From: an uncultured Porphyromonadaceae bacterium
GTDB taxonomy: Bacteria > Bacteroidota > Bacteroidia > Bacteroidales > Muribaculaceae
DNA: 64,000 nt
Reading direction: 5' to 3'
NCBI GenBank assembly: GCA_947178305.1
Contig: CAMWXV010000002.1
Span: forward strand, 16,676-80,675
Below, one piece after another: positions 59,688-64,000 of the stretch. The notes under the pieces are model-generated. The model was given only the letters and a program-made list of their open reading frames with translations. It was not told where the DNA came from and did not search any database. Numbering within the stretch: position 1 is the stretch's first letter; the number at the start of each line of letters is the position of its first letter. The translations under genes were made by a program, and so were the position numbers.

Positions 59688-60326
59688 ATGGTTACATCTC
59701 AGCTCATTGACCTGTTTGTAGAGCAAGCACATCGCGTAGGCCGTCATGGCCTCACCATCTGCTCGTCAGGCAACCTTTCCTGGCGAGTTGGCGAAGATGC
59801 CATTATATCAGGCACCGGCTCTTGGGTTCCCGAACTCACAGCCGACAAGGTTTCCGTGTGCCGCATTGCCGACGGCAAGGTTCTCAACGGCATTCGTCCT
59901 TCCATGGAATCCACCTTCCATCTCGGCGTACTCCGTACCCGCCCTGATGTAAACGTAGTGCTTCATTTCCAAAGCCCGTATGCCACAGCCGTTGCATGTA
60001 TGGAAAAACGTCCCGACAACTTCAACTTCACCGCTGAAGTACCACTGCATGTTGGCGAAGAGATACCCGAGATTCCGTTTTTCCGCCCGGGAAGTCCTGA
60101 ATTGGCCCAACACGTGGTTGAAGCACTCAAAGACCACAACTCCTGTATGCTGCTCAAACACGGACAAGTGGTATGTGGAAAAGACTTCAATCAAACCTTG
60201 GAGCGTGCCATGTTCCTTGAAATGGCCTGTCGCATAGCTATTATAAACGGAGCCAATGTGAATCCCTTGACCAGAGACGAAGTCAACGATCTTGAATCTT
60301 ATTTTCTCGGAAAGCAATGCAAATAG
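59688..60326 (+). CDS. fucA: Class II aldolase, L-fuculose-1-phosphate aldolase
   Basis: SSGNLSWR, PSME..FH, HFQSPYAT, HGQV; lies within the fuc operon. Confidence 0.85.
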   Translation: MVTSQLIDLFVEQAHRVGRHGLTICSSGNLSWRVGEDAIISGTGSWVPELTADKVSVCRIADGKVLNGIRPSMESTFHLGVLRTRPDVNVVLHFQSPYATAVACMEKRPDNFNFTAEVPLHVGEEIPEIPFFRPGSPELAQHVVEALKDHNSCMLLKHGQVVCGKDFNQTLERAMFLEMACRIAIINGANVNPLTRDEVNDLESYFLGKQCK

Positions 60327-61723
60327 ACGGTACTTTTTTAGCCGCTGATTTCGGTGCGGGGAGCGGGCGAATAATCGCCGGTTCCCTGCGTCACAATCGG
60401 CTTGAGCTCAAAGAAATTCACCGCTTCGCAAACCATCGTGTACAACTCGGGCAACACACATATTGGGATTTCCCGATGTTGTACACTCAAATGCTTGAAG
60501 GGCTTCGCAAAGCAGCATCAATCTACTCCGACATTGTGAGCATAGGCATTGACACATGGGGTGTTGATTTCGGTCTCGTTGACCACAACGGAGCTTTACT
60601 CGGACTGCCGATATGTTATCGCGACGACACCACAGCCCCATTTCCGGCTCGTTTGCAGGAAAAAATCTCACCTCGCCGGCTTTATACCGAATCCGGACTT
60701 CAACCCATGGCCATCAACAGCATTTACCGTCTCATGGCCATGCAACACGAACAAGATCCCAAACTTGCCACTGCCAAGCACCTCCTGTTCATGCCCGACT
60801 TGTTGAGCTACTACCTGTGTGGTGTCGCTGCCAACGAATACACCATAGCATCCACATCTCAGCTGCTTGACGCACATACCCGCAACTGGAACAAAGAGCT
60901 TATATCCCTGCTCAATCTTCCGGAGCATATATTCTGCCCCATTGTAGACCCCGGCACGCACCTCGGCACCATACTCCCTCACATCGCCGAACAGACCGGA
61001 CTTTCACCACAAGTGAAAGTAGCTGCCGTTGGTGGACACGATACTGCATGCGCAGTCCATGCAGCAGCATCTACACCCTATTACACCCCTGGAGCCACAG
61101 CATTTCTGAGTTCAGGCACATGGTCGCTCCTCGGTGTAGAGTTACCGAGTCCTGTCACCTCCGAAAGCGCCCGACAAGCCGGTTTCGCCAACGAAGGCGG
61201 CGCTTGTCACCGGATTCATTTCCTGCAAAACATCACAGGTCTGTGGATTCTTCAACGCCTCGTTGAAGAATGGAAACAAAGAAACATGGAGTGCGACTAT
61301 CCGCAACTTGTAGAAATGGCCGAACAGTCCACTTGCTCCGTAACCATCAATGTGGATCACAGCTCTTTCGCCAACCCATCCAGCATGAGCCAAGCCATAA
61401 CAGACTACTGTATTGAAAATTCACTCACGCCTCCCGCTTCGCAAGGCGACATGGTACGATGCGTGCTGTTATCACTCGCCGACCGCTATCGCAAAGGCAT
61501 TGAACACCTCAACACACTTACACCTACCCCAGTAAGCAGGATTCACATTATTGGAGGAGGCTCTCGCAACCGTCTTCTCAACACCCTCACAGCACAAGCC
61601 ACAGGTATGGAAGTCACCGCCGGACCGGCCGAAGCCACAGCAATCGGAAACATTCTGATTCAAGCCCAAGCCGCCGGAGCCATAGAATCCGCAACCGACA
61701 TCACTGAAATCATTGAACCATAA
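60317..61723 (+). CDS. fucK: Fuculokinase (rhamnulokinase/FGGY family)
   Basis: ADFGAGSGR, IGIDTWGVDFGL, HDTACAV, SSGTWSL.G, GP.EATAIGN. Confidence 0.85.
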   Translation: MQIDGTFLAADFGAGSGRIIAGSLRHNRLELKEIHRFANHRVQLGQHTYWDFPMLYTQMLEGLRKAASIYSDIVSIGIDTWGVDFGLVDHNGALLGLPICYRDDTTAPFPARLQEKISPRRLYTESGLQPMAINSIYRLMAMQHEQDPKLATAKHLLFMPDLLSYYLCGVAANEYTIASTSQLLDAHTRNWNKELISLLNLPEHIFCPIVDPGTHLGTILPHIAEQTGLSPQVKVAAVGGHDTACAVHAAASTPYYTPGATAFLSSGTWSLLGVELPSPVTSESARQAGFANEGGACHRIHFLQNITGLWILQRLVEEWKQRNMECDYPQLVEMAEQSTCSVTINVDHSSFANPSSMSQAITDYCIENSLTPPASQGDMVRCVLLSLADRYRKGIEHLNTLTPTPVSRIHIIGGGSRNRLLNTLTAQATGMEVTAGPAEATAIGNILIQAQAAGAIESATDITEIIEP

Positions 61724-61753
61724 GAACCCCATATCTTAAACCAATACCTTACT

Positions 61754-63067
61754 ATGACCAGCAGCCGACACCCTTTGATACCACGCAAACATCTGGTGAC
61801 ATTCATTCTCGTCACCACACTTTTTGCCTTGTGGGGTTTTGCCAACGACATAACCAACCCTATGGTAGCCGCATTCCAGACCGTCATGGAACTATCAGCC
61901 GCCAAAGCATCGATGGTGCAATTCGCATTCTATGGCGGATACGCCACCATGGCCATACCCGCAGCACTGTTCATTCGCAGATACAACTATAAAAGCGGAG
62001 TGCTTCTCGGCCTCGGATTATATGCCATAGGAGCGTTCTTGTTTATTCCGGCCGCTCAATACCAGCAGTTTTCATTCTTCTGCATATCTCTGTACGTGCT
62101 CACATTCGGTCTTGCATTCCTTGAAACCACGGCCAACCCCTTCATCCTGTCGCTCGGCGACAAGACCACAGCCACCCGCCGTCTGAATCTCGCACAGGCA
62201 TTCAATCCTGTCGGTTCCCTTTCAGGCATGGCAGTAGCCTCATTTATCGTACTGCCGCAACTTGCTTCCGAGATACGCAACAATGCCGGCGAACTGATAT
62301 TCAAAACCCTGCCCGAAAGCGAAAAAGCAGCCATAAGAATACATGACCTTGCTGTGATACGTGACCCCTACGTGGCCATCGGACTGGTGGTATTGGCCAT
62401 GTTCTTAGTGATTTTATGTGTAAAGATGCCGGCTACAGAGCACAACGGTGAAAAAGTCAAAGCATCCGAAACCTTACGCCGCCTTTGGAAAAATCATCAC
62501 TACACATGGGGAGTGCTCACACAAATGTTCTATGTAGCCGCCCAAATCATGGTGTGGACATTCATAATCCAATACGCCGACAACCTCGGCATAGACAAAG
62601 CCACAGCCCAGATCTATAACATAGTGGCAATGGGACTTTCTCTCTCATTCCGTTTCCTCGGCACATACATCATGAGATACCTCAATCCTCATCACATGCT
62701 CACAATTTTCGGCATCGGAGCTGCAATATGCACACTCGGTGCAATATTATGGATTGGCATAGGCGGCTTGATATGCCTGGTGGCCATCAGCGCATTCATG
62801 TCCATTATGTTCCCCACCATCTACGGCATAGCCCTTGAAAACGTACACGAACGCGACACGTCTCTTGGAGCTGCATTCTTGGTCATGGCCATTGTGGGCG
62901 GAGCCTTGATGCCCCCATTGCAGGGTCTGATAATTGACCAAAATGAAATTTTCGGTATGCCAGCAGTTAACATTTCGTTTGTTTTACCTCTTATATGCTT
63001 TATAATCGTGGCCTTATACGGACGCACTGCTAACCGTATATCAAGCCATAAACCCAATTATTCTTAA
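61754..63067 (+). CDS. fucP: L-fucose:H+ symporter
   Basis: LFALWGFANDITNP, FLETTANP, RRLNLAQAFNP.G, MSIMFPTIY. Confidence 0.93.
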   Translation: MTSSRHPLIPRKHLVTFILVTTLFALWGFANDITNPMVAAFQTVMELSAAKASMVQFAFYGGYATMAIPAALFIRRYNYKSGVLLGLGLYAIGAFLFIPAAQYQQFSFFCISLYVLTFGLAFLETTANPFILSLGDKTTATRRLNLAQAFNPVGSLSGMAVASFIVLPQLASEIRNNAGELIFKTLPESEKAAIRIHDLAVIRDPYVAIGLVVLAMFLVILCVKMPATEHNGEKVKASETLRRLWKNHHYTWGVLTQMFYVAAQIMVWTFIIQYADNLGIDKATAQIYNIVAMGLSLSFRFLGTYIMRYLNPHHMLTIFGIGAAICTLGAILWIGIGGLICLVAISAFMSIMFPTIYGIALENVHERDTSLGAAFLVMAIVGGALMPPLQGLIIDQNEIFGMPAVNISFVLPLICFIIVALYGRTANRISSHKPNYS

Positions 63068-63070
63068 ACC

Positions 63071-64000
63071 ATGATTACATCCAATTCTTCACAATCCAAA
63101 GTTTATCCATGGGTGGTTGTCGGCCTCTTGTGGGTTGTAGCGCTTCTCAACTACATGGACCGACAGATGCTGTCCACCATGCAGATGTCAATGGGCGAAA
63201 CCATCCATCCAATTCTTGATCCTGTAAATTTCGGCCGGCTTATGGCTGTGTTCTTGTGGATTTACGGATTCATGAGCCCGATATCCGGAGCCATAGCCGA
63301 CAAACTCAATCGCAAATGGCTCATTGTAGGCAGCCTTGGCGTATGGTCGGCCGTGACATTGCTCATGGGTTACTGCTCCACTTTTGATCAAATCTATTGG
63401 CTCCGTGCCCTCATGGGCGTAAGCGAAGCCCTGTATATACCTGCTGCATTAAGCCTCATTGCCGACTACTTCACCGGAAGAGGACGCTCTTTGGCCGTGG
63501 GCATACACATGACCGGACTTTATATGGGTCAAGCGCTGGGCGGATTCGGAGCCACAGTGGCACACGCATACTCCTGGCAGCAGACTTTCCATATATTCGG
63601 TATCATAGGCATTGCCTACGCATTCGTTCTCATCATCGCATTGCGCGACATACGCCGTACTCCTACCGAAGAAAAAAACACCAGCACACCCATATCCGTC
63701 ACGCTAAAAAGCATGATACAAGGTTTCGGAATGGTATTCTCAATGATTGCATTTTGGGTCATACTATTCTTCTTTGCATCTTCATCTCTCCCCGGATGGG
63801 CCACTAAAAACTGGCTTCCCACATTATTTGCCAACTCTTTGGGTATATCTCCCTCCGAAGCCGGACCATTGGCAACAATAACAATAGCCGCAAGCTCGTT
63901 TATAGGAGTAATGGTAGGTGGACCGCTCTCCGACCGCTGGGTGCGCCGAAATCTGCGCGGACGTATCTATACCTCAGCCATAGGTATGGCCATGATGATT
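63071..64000 (+). CDS. MFS transporter (3' truncated by window edge)
   Basis: Open frame from ATG 63071: YPWVVVGLLWVVALLNYMDRQMLSTMQ...GAIADKLNRKWLIV; absent from the ORF track because no stop falls in the window. Confidence 0.85.
   Translation, partial: MITSNSSQSKVYPWVVVGLLWVVALLNYMDRQMLSTMQMSMGETIHPILDPVNFGRLMAVFLWIYGFMSPISGAIADKLNRKWLIVGSLGVWSAVTLLMGYCSTFDQIYWLRALMGVSEALYIPAALSLIADYFTGRGRSLAVGIHMTGLYMGQALGGFGATVAHAYSWQQTFHIFGIIGIAYAFVLIIALRDIRRTPTEEKNTSTPISVTLKSMIQGFGMVFSMIAFWVILFFFASSSLPGWATKNWLPTLFANSLGISPSEAGPLATITIAASSFIGVMVGGPLSDRWVRRNLRGRIYTSAIGMAMMI

Noticed and set aside
586-63834. Numerous antisense or alternative-frame ORFs in the six-frame track (e.g. 17611-18417 +, 39873-40646 +, 50032-50823 -, 63397-63807 +)
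   Set aside because: They overlap well-supported genes and have no recognisable motifs, so they are treated as shadow ORFs.
1-64000. CRISPR arrays, IS elements/transposases, rRNA
   Set aside because: No regularly spaced repeats, transposase or integrase motifs, or rRNA-like sequence seen.

Overview
Chromosomal window from an anaerobic Bacteroidales bacterium. Gene content, TAnnTTTG promoters and T9SS cargo point to this; Muribaculaceae-like is an inference. Most of it is housekeeping: aroB, ftsX-uppP-truB-queA, tRNA-Val, cydAB, rplU-rpmA, sdhCAB/frdCAB, birA, secG/lptE, rex, pyrC, korAB, porV-ispF, pfkA, and a fucIAKP fucose operon. There is also a T9SS-secreted M6 protease plus adhesin cassette. 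The standout is a 4.6-kb, six-gene, uninterrupted phage-head module (29141-33749) between birA and secG: scaffold-like gene, HK97-type major capsid, adaptor-like gene, shortened P22-type portal and two small genes. It has host-type promoters and a terminator, but no integrase, att sites, terminase large subunit, tail, lysis or replication genes in this window. It looks like a domesticated capsid system (candidate gene transfer agent, phage-interference element or nanocompartment) rather than an ordinary prophage. All family calls come from motif recognition, not database searches.
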